This document shows positions 29,634 through 40,406 of a DNA stretch of 64,000 nt, piece after piece; positions within the stretch are counted from its first letter, which is position 1, and the number at the start of each line of letters is the position of its first letter. Origin of the DNA: a virus (taxonomy: Duplodnaviria > Caudoviricetes); IMG/VR virus record IMGVR_UViG_3300028129_000010, positions 1-64,000 of that record. One strand, 5' to 3'. The notes beneath the pieces were generated by a model. It was not told the DNA's origin. It worked only from the letters and a program-made list of their open reading frames with translations, and searched no databases. A program made the position numbers and the translations under genes.

Positions 29634-29990
29634 TTAACTTTTAACATCATCCACATATAACAATTCGATTTCAGATTCATCTAATACACCATCGTCATCA
29701 TCATCATCATCATCATCATCATCGTGTTCATCTTCTTTATTTTTTTTCTTAAACATATTAGTTAGTTTTGATATGTCTTTAGCAACATCCATAATACCGT
29801 TACTGAATGATACCTTAATTGACATATACAAACCAATAGGTATTGCTAATACTGTAATAATAGCAAATAAAAAAACTGATAATAAAATTCTTAAAACAAA
29901 ATGTGTTACTTTGGTTATAGGACCTCTTTCAATCTTTAACTCATTTAAACTAGTAACACTATTATTCTTATTTTTACAATTACAACCCAT
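29634..29990 (-). CDS. Small membrane protein (MGCNCK start, long hydrophobic segment, poly-Asp tail)
   Basis: 118-aa ORF; ILLSVFLFAIITVLAIPIGLYMSI; (GAT)n run at ~29691-29722. Confidence 0.65.
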   Translation of the reverse strand: MGCNCKNKNNSVTSLNELKIERGPITKVTHFVLRILLSVFLFAIITVLAIPIGLYMSIKVSFSNGIMDVAKDISKLTNMFKKKNKEDEHDDDDDDDDDDDGVLDESEIELLYVDDVKS

Positions 29991-30052
29991 AACTTAATTT
30001 TTATACCTTAATTATAACAATATTTAACCAAAAGTGAATAATACCGTATGAT

Positions 30053-31870
30053 TTACTTTACCCTTATTTTCACGTCAGTTTCTGGATATTTTATCTCAAA
30101 CATACCTATTGGGTCACCGAAAAGTGTGTATTCACCCAATAAATCTATTTGTCTTGTTGCATCATCAATGTATGGTTGTGGTATCTCATTTGATGAGTAT
30201 TTACCTTGACCAACCTTATTATAAACTCTAAGGTCAACAACATTTAAAACACCAGGAACATTATTAATATCCTCAATTAGTTGAGCTAAATAAATGTTAT
30301 CACCCATACCCCACTTATTTATATCAAAATAACTTGTTATCGTTGATATAGCTTGAGTTATTATTTCTGATTGTGAAAACTGCTTATCAACAAATAAATC
30401 AACTTCAAATCCTAAATTATATACTCTACCATTATCAACTTCAACATAATCATTAAGCATTCTATAATCAGATAAATATGTTGCTATATTTCTCTTAAGT
30501 GTTGTTGTTGATGTTGTACTTAATTTTGAACCGCTATCAAGAGTTAATGTATATATTTTAACCTTATTTTGTTCTTCGATAACATTATTTCTAAAAGGAA
30601 TTCCAAATTCACCTGGCATTAATGCTATTCTTGTTTTATAATCTTCAATAGTTACACATCTTTCTTGAGATGCGAAATTATATCTAACTAAGTTTCTTAA
30701 TTCTTCAATACTAGGTTCATCTTTACCACCTAAAGCTGGTAACGGGTTATTTACTTTCAATGAATTAATTACTTGTTGGTTTATTGTAGTATTTGACCCA
30801 TTAACAAACATTTCTTTTTTAGTTACAGTAGATATTGTGTTAGGTCCAACATTAGTGTCTGAACCACCACCAACTCTATAAGAAATAAACATGGTTTTAT
30901 TAGCACTAAGTGTAAGCCCTAACGCTGTATTATTAATAAAATCACCAATTCTATCAACCAACTGCTTATTTACGTCAAAATCACACAATGATGAAATATC
31001 TTCAGTACCACCACCAAAAATTATCTTAGTAAAACCATTATCTGTATATTCTCTTATAAATCTTTGGTCTATTCTTTTAAATTTACCTGGTTTTACTGTT
31101 GAATTATCACTTAATTTTGTATTATCTGGCACAAAAATTAAATCATCAGCTAATGCGTTAACCTCATACCATCTAAGGTCTTCATTGTAAAATTGACCTG
31201 TACTAGGTGTGGTTGTATAGTTTGTACCATCTAGCGTTATGATTGAATTAATAGATAAAACATTATCATCTGGTAAAACAACCTCAAAGAATGGTCTAAC
31301 ATCAGCGGCACTTATAGTTCTACTGAATATCTTAGTTATACCATTATAAACCATTTCCCTCTTTGTAATAGTATAATTTATTATGTTATCATTATTATCT
31401 AAATTAGGTACTACGAGTCTATTTGGTATTCCTCCAGTTGTAAATGGAGATGAGAAATCAATTTCTTCCATTGTTTCGAATATCTTACCAGCACCACTAA
31501 CTTGAGCCCCAATAGATAATACTGGACAATAAGAAATATCAAACGTATCACCAAGTACTGGCACTGTTACTGAAAAGTCTACTATAGTTACTGACGGTTT
31601 CTTACCTGGGACTCTTAACCCAAAAGTTCTAGCCATAGCTAGTAATGAATTTCTTTCTTGAGCAAAATCGATTTGTGTCTCTTGGAACATTCTGTCAGTA
31701 TGGAATGATAACATATCACCAACAGCAGCATTTAATTCTAAAAGCATCATACCAACTGACGCATCATTAAAATCATTAAAAATATCTGGGTAATATTCTC
31801 TTACAAAATTAACTAATTCTGTTCTTACATCAGCAAAGTTTCTACTATAATAATTTATTTTACGTGCCAT
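30053..31870 (-). CDS. Baseplate wedge subunit (T4 gp6 / baseplate J-like)
   Basis: NYYSRNFADVRTEL...DFNDASVGMMLLELNAAVGD; YRVGGG; GGKDEPSIEELR..ASQERCVTIEDY; ATG at 31870 preferred. Confidence 0.9.
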   Translation of the reverse strand: MARKINYYSRNFADVRTELVNFVREYYPDIFNDFNDASVGMMLLELNAAVGDMLSFHTDRMFQETQIDFAQERNSLLAMARTFGLRVPGKKPSVTIVDFSVTVPVLGDTFDISYCPVLSIGAQVSGAGKIFETMEEIDFSSPFTTGGIPNRLVVPNLDNNDNIINYTITKREMVYNGITKIFSRTISAADVRPFFEVVLPDDNVLSINSIITLDGTNYTTTPSTGQFYNEDLRWYEVNALADDLIFVPDNTKLSDNSTVKPGKFKRIDQRFIREYTDNGFTKIIFGGGTEDISSLCDFDVNKQLVDRIGDFINNTALGLTLSANKTMFISYRVGGGSDTNVGPNTISTVTKKEMFVNGSNTTINQQVINSLKVNNPLPALGGKDEPSIEELRNLVRYNFASQERCVTIEDYKTRIALMPGEFGIPFRNNVIEEQNKVKIYTLTLDSGSKLSTTSTTTLKRNIATYLSDYRMLNDYVEVDNGRVYNLGFEVDLFVDKQFSQSEIITQAISTITSYFDINKWGMGDNIYLAQLIEDINNVPGVLNVVDLRVYNKVGQGKYSSNEIPQPYIDDATRQIDLLGEYTLFGDPIGMFEIKYPETDVKIRVK

Positions 31871-31909
31871 AACATTTCTTTTTACAATAAATATCAATAT
31901 AACGATAAA

Positions 31910-31941
31910 TTTGTAAAAATAAATATTTTTAATTATATTTG
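31910..31941 (+). promoter_or_regulatory. Bacteroidota-type sigma70 promoter for the inverted endonuclease gene
   Basis: TTTG-N20-TATATTTG. Confidence 0.65.
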
Positions 31942-31975
31942 TTAATAGTTATAAGTACGTAACATTAGGAATGAT

Positions 31976-33601
31976 ATGAAAAAAAAGTCTCAGGAAGAAT
32001 TTATTAAGGAAATTATGAATATCCATAGTGATAAGTATGATTATTCAAAAGTTAAATATATAAATAACAATACTAACGTTATTGTTATATGTCCAGAGCA
32101 TGGTGAATTTTTAAAAAAACCAATACACTTGATTAATAGGGGACAAGGTTGTCCTTTATGTTCAAGAGATGAGATAAGTTCTAAACAAAGAATGGGTTTA
32201 AATAATTTTATAACCAAAGCTAAAGAAATACATGGTGATAAGTATGATTATTCTTTAGTTAATTATAAAAATAATAGAACTAAGGTTAAGATTGTGTGTC
32301 CAGAACATGGTGAGTTTGAGCAATTACCAACTAATCATTTAAGAGGTAAAGGGTGTAAGTATTGTGGTGGAACTAGTAAAATGGATACAAAACTTTTCAT
32401 AATTAAGGCTAAAGAAATACATGGGGATAAATATGATTACTCTTTAGTTAATTATAAAGTAAGTAGAGACCCAGTAACCATAATATGTTCAGAACATGGT
32501 GAGTTTGAACAAACACCTAATAATCATTTATCTAAGGGTCAAGGTTGTCCAAAATGTTTAGGTAAGATAATTGACACTGAAACTTTTATTAATAAAGCTA
32601 AGGTTATTCATGGAGATAAATATGATTACTCTAAGGTAGAGTATTCTAGTCAATTTGAAAAAATTAAAATAATCTGTCCAGAACATGGTGAAATTAACGT
32701 AACACCTCATTATCATATAAATGGGTTTGGTTGTAAATCTTGTTCTAATAGTTTGTCTTTATTAGAAAAGTCTATACATTCTTTTATAACTGATTTAAAA
32801 ATTAATTGTATTGAAAATGATAAAGCAGTGCTTAACGGTAAAGAGTTAGACATATATATACCATCACATAAGGTAGCCATTGAATTTAATGGTCTTTATT
32901 GGCATTCTAATTTATTTGTTGATAATGACTATCATTTAAATAAAACTGAAGAATGTGAGAAGTTAGGTATTCAACTTGTTCATATATTTGAAGATGAATG
33001 GCTCCATAATGAAGGTATTGTTAAATCTAGAATTAAGAATATACTAGGTCTTACTAAAAATAAATTTTATGCTAGAAAGTGTGAAATTAAGGAAGTACCA
33101 GTAAAGGTTAAAACTAAATTCTTAAATGATAATCACATACAAGGTGCCATTGGTAGTAAAGTAAATTTAGGTTTGTATCATAATGATGAATTACTATCTA
33201 TTATGACTTTTGGTAAAAGACCTATATTAAATTCGTTAGAATTTGAATTATTAAGGTTTTGTAATAAATTAGATACAAGTGTTGTTGGTGGTGCTTCTAA
33301 GTTACTTAAACACTTTATTAAACATTATCAACCGAAAGAAATAATAAGTTATGCTGATAGAAGGTGGAGTCAAGGTAATATGTATGAACAGTTAAAATTT
33401 AAGTTTATTGAAAATACACAACCTAATTGGTTTGTAGTTAAAGGTAAATATAGAGAAAATAGAGTTAATTATCAAAAACACAGGTTAGTTGAAATGGGTT
33501 ATGATAAAAATAAAACAGCTAACCAAATACTTAATGAAAATAATATGTATAAAATATATGATTGTGGAACTAAAAAATTTACTTTATATTTACAATATTA
33601 A
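31976..33601 (+). mobile_element. Putative homing endonuclease: 4 Zn-finger repeats + Vsr/DUF559-like nuclease + Mom-like GNAT domain
   Basis: Four FIxKAxxIHGDKYDYS..ICPEHGEF..H..GxGCxxC repeats; LDIYIP..AIEFNGLYWH..HIFEDEW; ELLRFC..GGASKLL..SYADRRWS; inverted insertion between gp25 and gp6. Confidence 0.8.
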
Positions 33602-33606
33602 TTTTT

Positions 33607-33996
33607 TTAAATCTCTATAATGATAAAGTTTGTTTCTTGGAAAACACCCTCTGTAACTGTATAATCAATCCTAACCTTAGCAGCGTGTTCACTTCTTTCG
33701 CTTTGTTCAACACTAACTTCGTTTATTTGTAGGTTAGGTAAGTATTTTTTCACTGTTTCAGTTATTTCATTTTTTATATCGTTTCTAGTTAATGTATCGT
33801 TTGGTTCAAATATGTATTTTAATAAATTAGTTCCGAAGTCTGGCATATAAAGTCTTTCACCTTTCTTAGTTAGGATTAAATGCATTAGGTCTGACTTAAT
33901 AGCCTTACTATCTTCATTATTTAATAATATGAAATCACCTCTATTACTTTCTTTAAATGGAAATGCTATATTTATAAACTTACCTTTTTGAGCCAT
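33607..33996 (-). CDS. Baseplate wedge subunit gp25-like
   Basis: AIKSDLMHLILTKKGERLYMPDFGTNL..IFEP..YLP; immediately upstream of gp6 once the insert is removed. Confidence 0.92.
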   Translation of the reverse strand: MAQKGKFINIAFPFKESNRGDFILLNNEDSKAIKSDLMHLILTKKGERLYMPDFGTNLLKYIFEPNDTLTRNDIKNEITETVKKYLPNLQINEVSVEQSERSEHAAKVRIDYTVTEGVFQETNFIIIEI

Positions 33997-34061
33997 AACA
34001 ATTACTTTATAGATAAATATGATAATAAAAATTTTTGAAAAATAAATAGAACTATAAAAAC

Positions 34062-34095
34062 AAAAAAAGGGAAATCTTTCGAAATCCCCTCTTTT
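34062..34095 (-). terminator. Rho-independent terminator after nrdA
   Basis: Imperfect GGGGAT...ATTTCCC stem followed by T7. Confidence 0.55.
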
Positions 34096-34111
34096 ATTAT
34101 CTTAATAACAT

Positions 34112-36280
34112 CTACGCAGAGCATCCACCACCCGCACAGTCGAACATTGAGTTCTCTGGTTTCTTAACAATATTAACTTTTGCATTATCAGAAGCTGATA
34201 GTTTCTTATTCTTACCTAATTTGGATTCGGTTCTGGTATAATAAGCACCAGTCTTAAGTCCGTTTTTCCAAGCGAATACTAAAGCACTAGATATCTTACT
34301 GTATTTAGCATCTCTATGATAAACATTCATACTTTGGGATTGGTCTACGAATTTATTTCTAATAATAGCCAAATCTAACAAAACTTTTTGTGGTATTTCC
34401 CAAACTGTTTTATATCTATACCTAATATCTTGTGGTATTTCTTGTATTTCTTGCACACTACCTTCATTTGCGATAATTTGGTCTCTAATATCTGCTGTCC
34501 AAAGACCTAATTCATCTAATTCTCTAGCTAAGTATTTATTTACCACAATAAACTCACCATCACCAACCATTCTTGTGAATATATTAGATGTTACAGGTTC
34601 AAAACATTCAAAAGAACCTAAAAGTATAGCACTTGATGCCGTAGGCATTAAACCAATTAAAAGAGAATTTCTCATAGGAATTGGTACACCTTTTTCCATT
34701 GGAGACCATCCATCAACATATGTTTCACCTTTAGAATACTTAGAACCTTCCCATGCTGGGTAGTTTTTACCTTCTTCCATGGCTAATTCCATACTTTCTT
34801 CAACAGCAGCCTTATACATTGTTTCAAATATGTCATGATTCCATTGTTTAGCCTCTTCACTTTCAAAAGAAATCTTTTTCTTAGCAAAGAAATCTGCTAA
34901 ACCAGCAACACCGACAGCAATTGCTCTTTGGTCTTCACCAGCTTTCTTACTCCAATCATCTGACCATTTATTATTATCAATAACTTTATTTAATGCTCTT
35001 ACTAAAACCTTAACAGATTTAGCAATACTCTTTAAAGAATCATGTTCAGCTAAATTAACTGATGCAAGTGTACATTGAGGTGTATACCCTGGTAAACTTG
35101 CTTGCATGATTTCAATACATAAATTACTTTGGTTGATAATACCGATATTATCTTGCATATTAATTTTATTAGCATTGTCTTTAAAGAAAACGTATGGTGT
35201 TCCACTCTCTACTTGAGAGCGAATAATAGAATCCCAAATCTTTTTAGGGTCAACTTCTTCACCCAACCCTAACATTACTGCTTCATTATAAACTTCTTTA
35301 AATTCTTCACCATGAATTTCATAAAATGGTTTTAATCCCGCTTTTTTAATGTCGTTAGGACAAAATAAGTAGTATTTATTACCATTTATTAAAGCATTCA
35401 TGAATACATCATCTATGGTTACAGCAGTAAATAAATCTCTAGCTCTATTTAATTCTTCACCAATAGGTAGTCTTAACTCTAAGAATGGTAAAATATCTTT
35501 ATGCCATGTCGATAGATATAAAGCACAACTACCTGACCTATTACCTTGCTTAAAGAATCTCATTTTAGATTGTACCATATCTGCAAATCTAACAACACCA
35601 CCAGCATAACCTTTAAAACTACTTACCATGCTCTTAGAGCTCCTAAGTCTATCAATACAAAGACCAATACCAGAACCTTCTTTAGAACCATGAGCAATCT
35701 TATCTAGAGTAGCGTTAATACCTTCAATACTATCATCCATTAATGTAGTTAAATTACAACTAATTAAACCATTTCTACCTTCAATACCAGAGTTTGATAA
35801 AATAGGTGTAGCAAAATTAACTTTTTTTTCGTATAGTTCATTAAGTAACTTTCTTCTTTCTTTAAAAGAATCTGGATATAAATGGTTTGCCACTCTACCG
35901 TGCATCATAGAGGGGATTTCAATAGGTTTTTTATCTTGATTTTTTTGGGAGTATTTTGTTAAAAATGTAGAAGCAGCAAAAGAGTCAAATTTTTCATCAA
36001 CTTCTTTTGTTTCCACTTCAAGTATCTTAGCTTGTCTAGAGATAAGTATTCTACCACCCAATATAGCGTAATCTGGATGTTCAATCTGTAAATCAGCAGA
36101 TTGGAACGCTATAATCTCATCGATATCTGTAGCGGTCATCTCATCCTTAATATGTGGGACAACTTTTTGAAACAATTTATCAGCCTTAATATTTAAATCT
36201 TTAGATTGTTGTTTAATCCTAGTCAATATTTTATTAGGCATAAACGATTGTTTCGAGCCATCTCTTTTTATAATTTTCAT
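34112..36280 (-). CDS. nrdA: Ribonucleotide reductase class Ia alpha subunit
   Basis: N-terminal ATP cone (IIKRDG), SCNL, NLCIE, MPTASSA, C-terminal CAGGGCSA; no intein. Confidence 0.97.
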   Translation of the reverse strand: MKIIKRDGSKQSFMPNKILTRIKQQSKDLNIKADKLFQKVVPHIKDEMTATDIDEIIAFQSADLQIEHPDYAILGGRILISRQAKILEVETKEVDEKFDSFAASTFLTKYSQKNQDKKPIEIPSMMHGRVANHLYPDSFKERRKLLNELYEKKVNFATPILSNSGIEGRNGLISCNLTTLMDDSIEGINATLDKIAHGSKEGSGIGLCIDRLRSSKSMVSSFKGYAGGVVRFADMVQSKMRFFKQGNRSGSCALYLSTWHKDILPFLELRLPIGEELNRARDLFTAVTIDDVFMNALINGNKYYLFCPNDIKKAGLKPFYEIHGEEFKEVYNEAVMLGLGEEVDPKKIWDSIIRSQVESGTPYVFFKDNANKINMQDNIGIINQSNLCIEIMQASLPGYTPQCTLASVNLAEHDSLKSIAKSVKVLVRALNKVIDNNKWSDDWSKKAGEDQRAIAVGVAGLADFFAKKKISFESEEAKQWNHDIFETMYKAAVEESMELAMEEGKNYPAWEGSKYSKGETYVDGWSPMEKGVPIPMRNSLLIGLMPTASSAILLGSFECFEPVTSNIFTRMVGDGEFIVVNKYLARELDELGLWTADIRDQIIANEGSVQEIQEIPQDIRYRYKTVWEIPQKVLLDLAIIRNKFVDQSQSMNVYHRDAKYSKISSALVFAWKNGLKTGAYYTRTESKLGKNKKLSASDNAKVNIVKKPENSMFDCAGGGCSA

Positions 36281-36309
36281 AAATTTATTTTTTTTGTATT
36301 AGTTACTAA

Positions 36310-37269
36310 TTAAAAATCTGCATCATCAAAAATACCTACATTACTAGTAGGGATATCAACTCTAGTGTATCCACCACCAGTTCTTCTTTCGAAGAAATTG
36401 TTTTTAGATGATAACCCAATCTTTTTCATAAAATCAAGTGGGTTTTTAGTTTTAAATTCTGTTTCACCAACAAAATCATTTAAAACAACATCAGTTACGA
36501 ATTCAACATACTCAACCATCATTTCTTTTGTCATACCTTGTAAACCGTCTGGTAGACTTTCCTCAACAAATTTCTTTTCAGTATCAAAACAAGAAAGAAT
36601 TACCTCTCTTATTCTATCTTCAGATGGTTTATATTCATCCTTAATATAGTTTTTAAACATTTGTACTGCGAATTCATAATGAAATGATTCATCTCTAAGG
36701 ATAAGTTCATTCATTTCAGCTAATCCTGGCATCTTGTTTCTGCTTCTAAACCAGAATACCCCAGCAAAAACTGATGAAAATGCAATACCCTCAACGCAAG
36801 CAAAAGCGATTAGTTTTTCAACAAATGTACCATTATTTAACCAATTCTCAGCCCAAGCTGCTTTAGATTTAACCGCATCGTTTGTTAACATTGAATTAAA
36901 TAAGTCTGATTTTTCATTAGGGTCTTTAATATATGTGTCAATTAATAATGAGTATCCATTAGCGTGTACTTGTTCCATGAACATCTGGTGGTTATAATAA
37001 TATTTAGCTTCTGCTATTTCAACATTATCAATAACGTTATCACATAGGTTGTCAATAACTAACCCATCCGATATTGTAAAAAATGCTAAGATGTTTTTTA
37101 AATAAAACTTCTCGTCATCGTTTAATGATTCGTAATCATCTTGAGCTAAATTAACTTCTTCAGCTACCCAAGTTTGTTTTTCAGCTGCCTTGTAGGCATC
37201 CCATAAGTCTTGGTTCTTAATTGGGAAGATAGAATATCTTTTTTCTGTGTCTGAATTTTTTAAATACAT
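36310..37269 (-). CDS. nrdB: Ribonucleotide reductase beta subunit
   Basis: WVAEE, SDG, EQVHANGY (radical Tyr), VEG..F, RDESFH, NFFE. Confidence 0.97.
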   Translation of the reverse strand: MYLKNSDTEKRYSIFPIKNQDLWDAYKAAEKQTWVAEEVNLAQDDYESLNDDEKFYLKNILAFFTISDGLVIDNLCDNVIDNVEIAEAKYYYNHQMFMEQVHANGYSLLIDTYIKDPNEKSDLFNSMLTNDAVKSKAAWAENWLNNGTFVEKLIAFACVEGIAFSSVFAGVFWFRSRNKMPGLAEMNELILRDESFHYEFAVQMFKNYIKDEYKPSEDRIREVILSCFDTEKKFVEESLPDGLQGMTKEMMVEYVEFVTDVVLNDFVGETEFKTKNPLDFMKKIGLSSKNNFFERRTGGGYTRVDIPTSNVGIFDDADF

Positions 37270-37290
37270 ATTTTTTTTAAAAATTAAAAT

Positions 37291-38718
37291 TTAATTATTA
37301 TTTTCTGTGTCGCCACTTTGTCTATTAAGCATTGCTAATCTCATAGTGTTTGCTCTTTCATTTTCTCTCTTTTCTTTCATTTCATTGGTTTGTAAGAATG
37401 TCATACCTTGGTCTCCACCTTCGGTCATGTCAATCTTTATTCTACCATTATCAAAAACAATATCTTCGAATACAATACCATCCTTACCAAATCTAGATTT
37501 AAGAATAGCCATATTAGCATGACCACTTTCTTTTTGGTCTAATGACTTAGCAATAGAAACAATGAAGTGTCCAATTTGACCCTTTTTGATAGAACCACCA
37601 ATCATTGTTGAGTCAACTGTTTCGGCATTAATAGCACTCCTATTACCTTGTACCGCTGTCCATCCAGCAAGATTTAATTCAGCTAACATAGTTTCAAATT
37701 GTCTCATAACATTACCTTCACCACTCCACTCATCATTAAATGATTTTGTTGGTACAACACAATCAATATAATCAACCAACACAATATCTGGTCTAAAACC
37801 TTGTGAAATTAATTTTTTAATATATTGCTTTATGTGTGGTATTGTAGTACCATCACTTGGGAACTTTTTCAACTTAATAACACCTGGTTGTTCTTTCCTT
37901 CGTTTAGCGATATCAAAAACATAATCACTATTCTCAGATAAATCATTAAGTGTTATATCGGTATCTGGTTCTAAGTTGGCCCAACATGTAATATGTTTCC
38001 TTTGTATTACCTTTGGGTTGTCTTCGAAAAATATCTGTAAAACGTTTTGTCCTACGTTCTTAGCATGATTTGCTATCTTTGTGAACATTGTTGTCTTACC
38101 AACACCAAAAGCTGCTAAAATAACAGCTAATTCACCTTTAGATAGTCCACCATCCATGTATGAATCAAGACCATTAATACCAGTCGGGATTGGTTTTCTA
38201 AAGTCTTCAGATAAAACATCTTCTAAATCATCGAAAACATCAATACCATCATCCTTATTCTCACCAACCTCTAAGGCTTTCTTAAGAATCTCTTCACACT
38301 TAATATAGTCATCTAAATCACCCTTATCAATAATCTTCTGAATCTCAACAACAGATTTTTTAAGTTCCTGTTGTTTACAGAATTTCATTGCGGTGTCTTG
38401 TATCCTTAAACCATTATTAAGATTAGCATTTTTAACCATATCTAAATGGTCTAAATACATCTTCTTATCTATATCATCATTAGCGTTAGCTAATACAATT
38501 GATTCTAAATTTACAATGTCTGGAATTGTACCATACTCATCATAATTATTAATGATTTCACTAGATAAAGCTCTTAAAAAACTATCATCAAAATAATTAG
38601 GTTTTAGTATATCAACAATAGACTCACCAAACTTTGGGTCAACAATGATTTGTTGTATAAGTCTGTATTGAAAGTCCTTACCTAAATAACCTAAATTTTC
38701 TTTATCTATTTTACTCAT
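37291..38718 (-). CDS. dnaB: Replicative DnaB/gp41-like helicase
   Basis: PIPTGI..LD..GG; Walker A AAFGVGKT; VDYID; LKSRFG; no intein. Confidence 0.93.
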   Translation of the reverse strand: MSKIDKENLGYLGKDFQYRLIQQIIVDPKFGESIVDILKPNYFDDSFLRALSSEIINNYDEYGTIPDIVNLESIVLANANDDIDKKMYLDHLDMVKNANLNNGLRIQDTAMKFCKQQELKKSVVEIQKIIDKGDLDDYIKCEEILKKALEVGENKDDGIDVFDDLEDVLSEDFRKPIPTGINGLDSYMDGGLSKGELAVILAAFGVGKTTMFTKIANHAKNVGQNVLQIFFEDNPKVIQRKHITCWANLEPDTDITLNDLSENSDYVFDIAKRRKEQPGVIKLKKFPSDGTTIPHIKQYIKKLISQGFRPDIVLVDYIDCVVPTKSFNDEWSGEGNVMRQFETMLAELNLAGWTAVQGNRSAINAETVDSTMIGGSIKKGQIGHFIVSIAKSLDQKESGHANMAILKSRFGKDGIVFEDIVFDNGRIKIDMTEGGDQGMTFLQTNEMKEKRENERANTMRLAMLNRQSGDTENNN

Positions 38719-38747
38719 TTTTTTAAAACTTATATTTAATAAATATA

Positions 38748-39311
38748 TTAATCTACTTTAAAGTCAGCCTCTTCTATAACTCTTTTTAAGTCATGTTGCC
38801 CATACGTAGTTGTATAGTCATTTCTAGAAAAAGTTTTTTGAATTTCATCAATAATTTCTGGTATAATATCTCTGATATTAACCGAATATCTGACATCAGT
38901 TTGGAACCAATTTCCAGAAAACACTGACTTAGATACAGTTTCTTTATCCACCTTAATTTCAAAAGTGAATAAATCTTCATTCTCAAAAATATCTTTTGTA
39001 TCATTTTTACTAATTAAATATGGTTTATATTGTTTCCAACAAACCTCTTTAGATTGTTCTTTAAAGAAGCTAGGGATAATACCCATATGACCGTATGTAC
39101 CATTATGAATACCAGCAATATCATCCATTAACTCCTTCAATTCTAAAGAACCTATAACTTCATCATTATAGTTCTTAACATCGAAAAGTCTTTGACAAAT
39201 AATGTGGTCACTCTCTTGCTCATTTCTTCCGTTATTAATGTATAGTACAAACTCAAACCTAAAGTTTTCCCAAAAATTCTTTCTTTTTCCTTTTTGATTT
39301 TTCATAAACAT
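38748..39311 (-). CDS. Hypothetical protein
   Basis: 187-aa ORF between exonuclease and helicase. Confidence 0.65.
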   Translation of the reverse strand: MFMKNQKGKRKNFWENFRFEFVLYINNGRNEQESDHIICQRLFDVKNYNDEVIGSLELKELMDDIAGIHNGTYGHMGIIPSFFKEQSKEVCWKQYKPYLISKNDTKDIFENEDLFTFEIKVDKETVSKSVFSGNWFQTDVRYSVNIRDIIPEIIDEIQKTFSRNDYTTTYGQHDLKRVIEEADFKVD

Positions 39312-39315
39312 AAAT

Positions 39316-40374
39316 TTAATTTAAAATTTCATTATTTTTCTTTTCCCTTTCTATTAATTTTTTAAAGGGTAAAAGATAATTATCATATCTACTTTCACCT
39401 AACATGATATCAATACCATCATCTTTAAGCATCTTGTAAACATTCTTTATACTTCTATCATCACTAAGTGGGTTATCTATAAGTTCATTTACTTCTTCAA
39501 TAGCACTTTCAGTTAGAAGAGGATTTTCCAAGTCCACCAACTTTTTATTTATCTCATATAGTTGGTCACCTTGTACACCATCTGTTATTCCATTAATGAT
39601 GTTTGTTAGTACCGCAAGAGGTTTCTTTTTCTCACTTAATCTAACATCTTGTAATTCTTTAGCTCTTTCAATTATTTCATATAACTCCATTTTTTTCTCA
39701 GTGATTTTTGGGAAAAATTTAATAAGGGTTCCCTCACCAAGTCGTTTAACACCTTTTATACTATCACTCACATCACCTGTAAGTATCTTAACTAATGCAA
39801 CATTTTCATAATGGTATTTGAAGTATTCATTAAAGTTCTCATGTGTTACATAAGTTTTTAAATCTAATAAGTACATTCTTACATCATTATTAACTAGTTG
39901 ACATAAATCTCTATCACTTGTTACTATAGTGATTTTTTGATTTTCTTTCTTAGTTTTACAAATATAGGCAATAAAATCGTCAGCTTCAACTTTTTCATCA
40001 ACTAATTGTCTAATATATAATTCTTCTAGATAATTAAATACAACTCCTCTTTGCGTAACTTCCTCTAAGTCCTCTGGTTTTGTACCATTTATATAATCCT
40101 TACCTCTACCACTCTTGTAGTCTTTGTAGATTTCCCATCTTAATTTACCAGAGAATTCTCCATCCCAAAAAACGAAAACCCTATGATAAAGATTTTCGTC
40201 TAATAATTTTCTTAATACAGTAATAAATTGATAGATACCACCGATATGTTGGCCTTTCCTATTGTATTCGTCTCTGGCACCGATAAAGCCCCTTTTATAA
40301 AGGGCATTACCGTCTACCAATAGAACATTTTCTGTTTGTATTACTTTACCGTTTTTTGGTGGTCTTCTTTTCAT
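39316..40374 (-). CDS. 5'-3' exonuclease / T4 RNase H-like flap nuclease
   Basis: LLVDGNAL, VFWDG..R..YK..R, EADDFIA, SDRDL.QL, GDVSDSIKGV..LGE. Confidence 0.92.
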   Translation of the reverse strand: MKRRPPKNGKVIQTENVLLVDGNALYKRGFIGARDEYNRKGQHIGGIYQFITVLRKLLDENLYHRVFVFWDGEFSGKLRWEIYKDYKSGRGKDYINGTKPEDLEEVTQRGVVFNYLEELYIRQLVDEKVEADDFIAYICKTKKENQKITIVTSDRDLCQLVNNDVRMYLLDLKTYVTHENFNEYFKYHYENVALVKILTGDVSDSIKGVKRLGEGTLIKFFPKITEKKMELYEIIERAKELQDVRLSEKKKPLAVLTNIINGITDGVQGDQLYEINKKLVDLENPLLTESAIEEVNELIDNPLSDDRSIKNVYKMLKDDGIDIMLGESRYDNYLLPFKKLIEREKKNNEILN

Positions 40375-40406
40375 TCATATTAATTAGAATGTTAATAAAA
40401 ATTGTA

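Noticed and set aside
29691-29722. (TCA)n microsatellite as a phase-variation site
   Set aside because: Triplet repeat encoding poly-Asp; length changes keep the frame.
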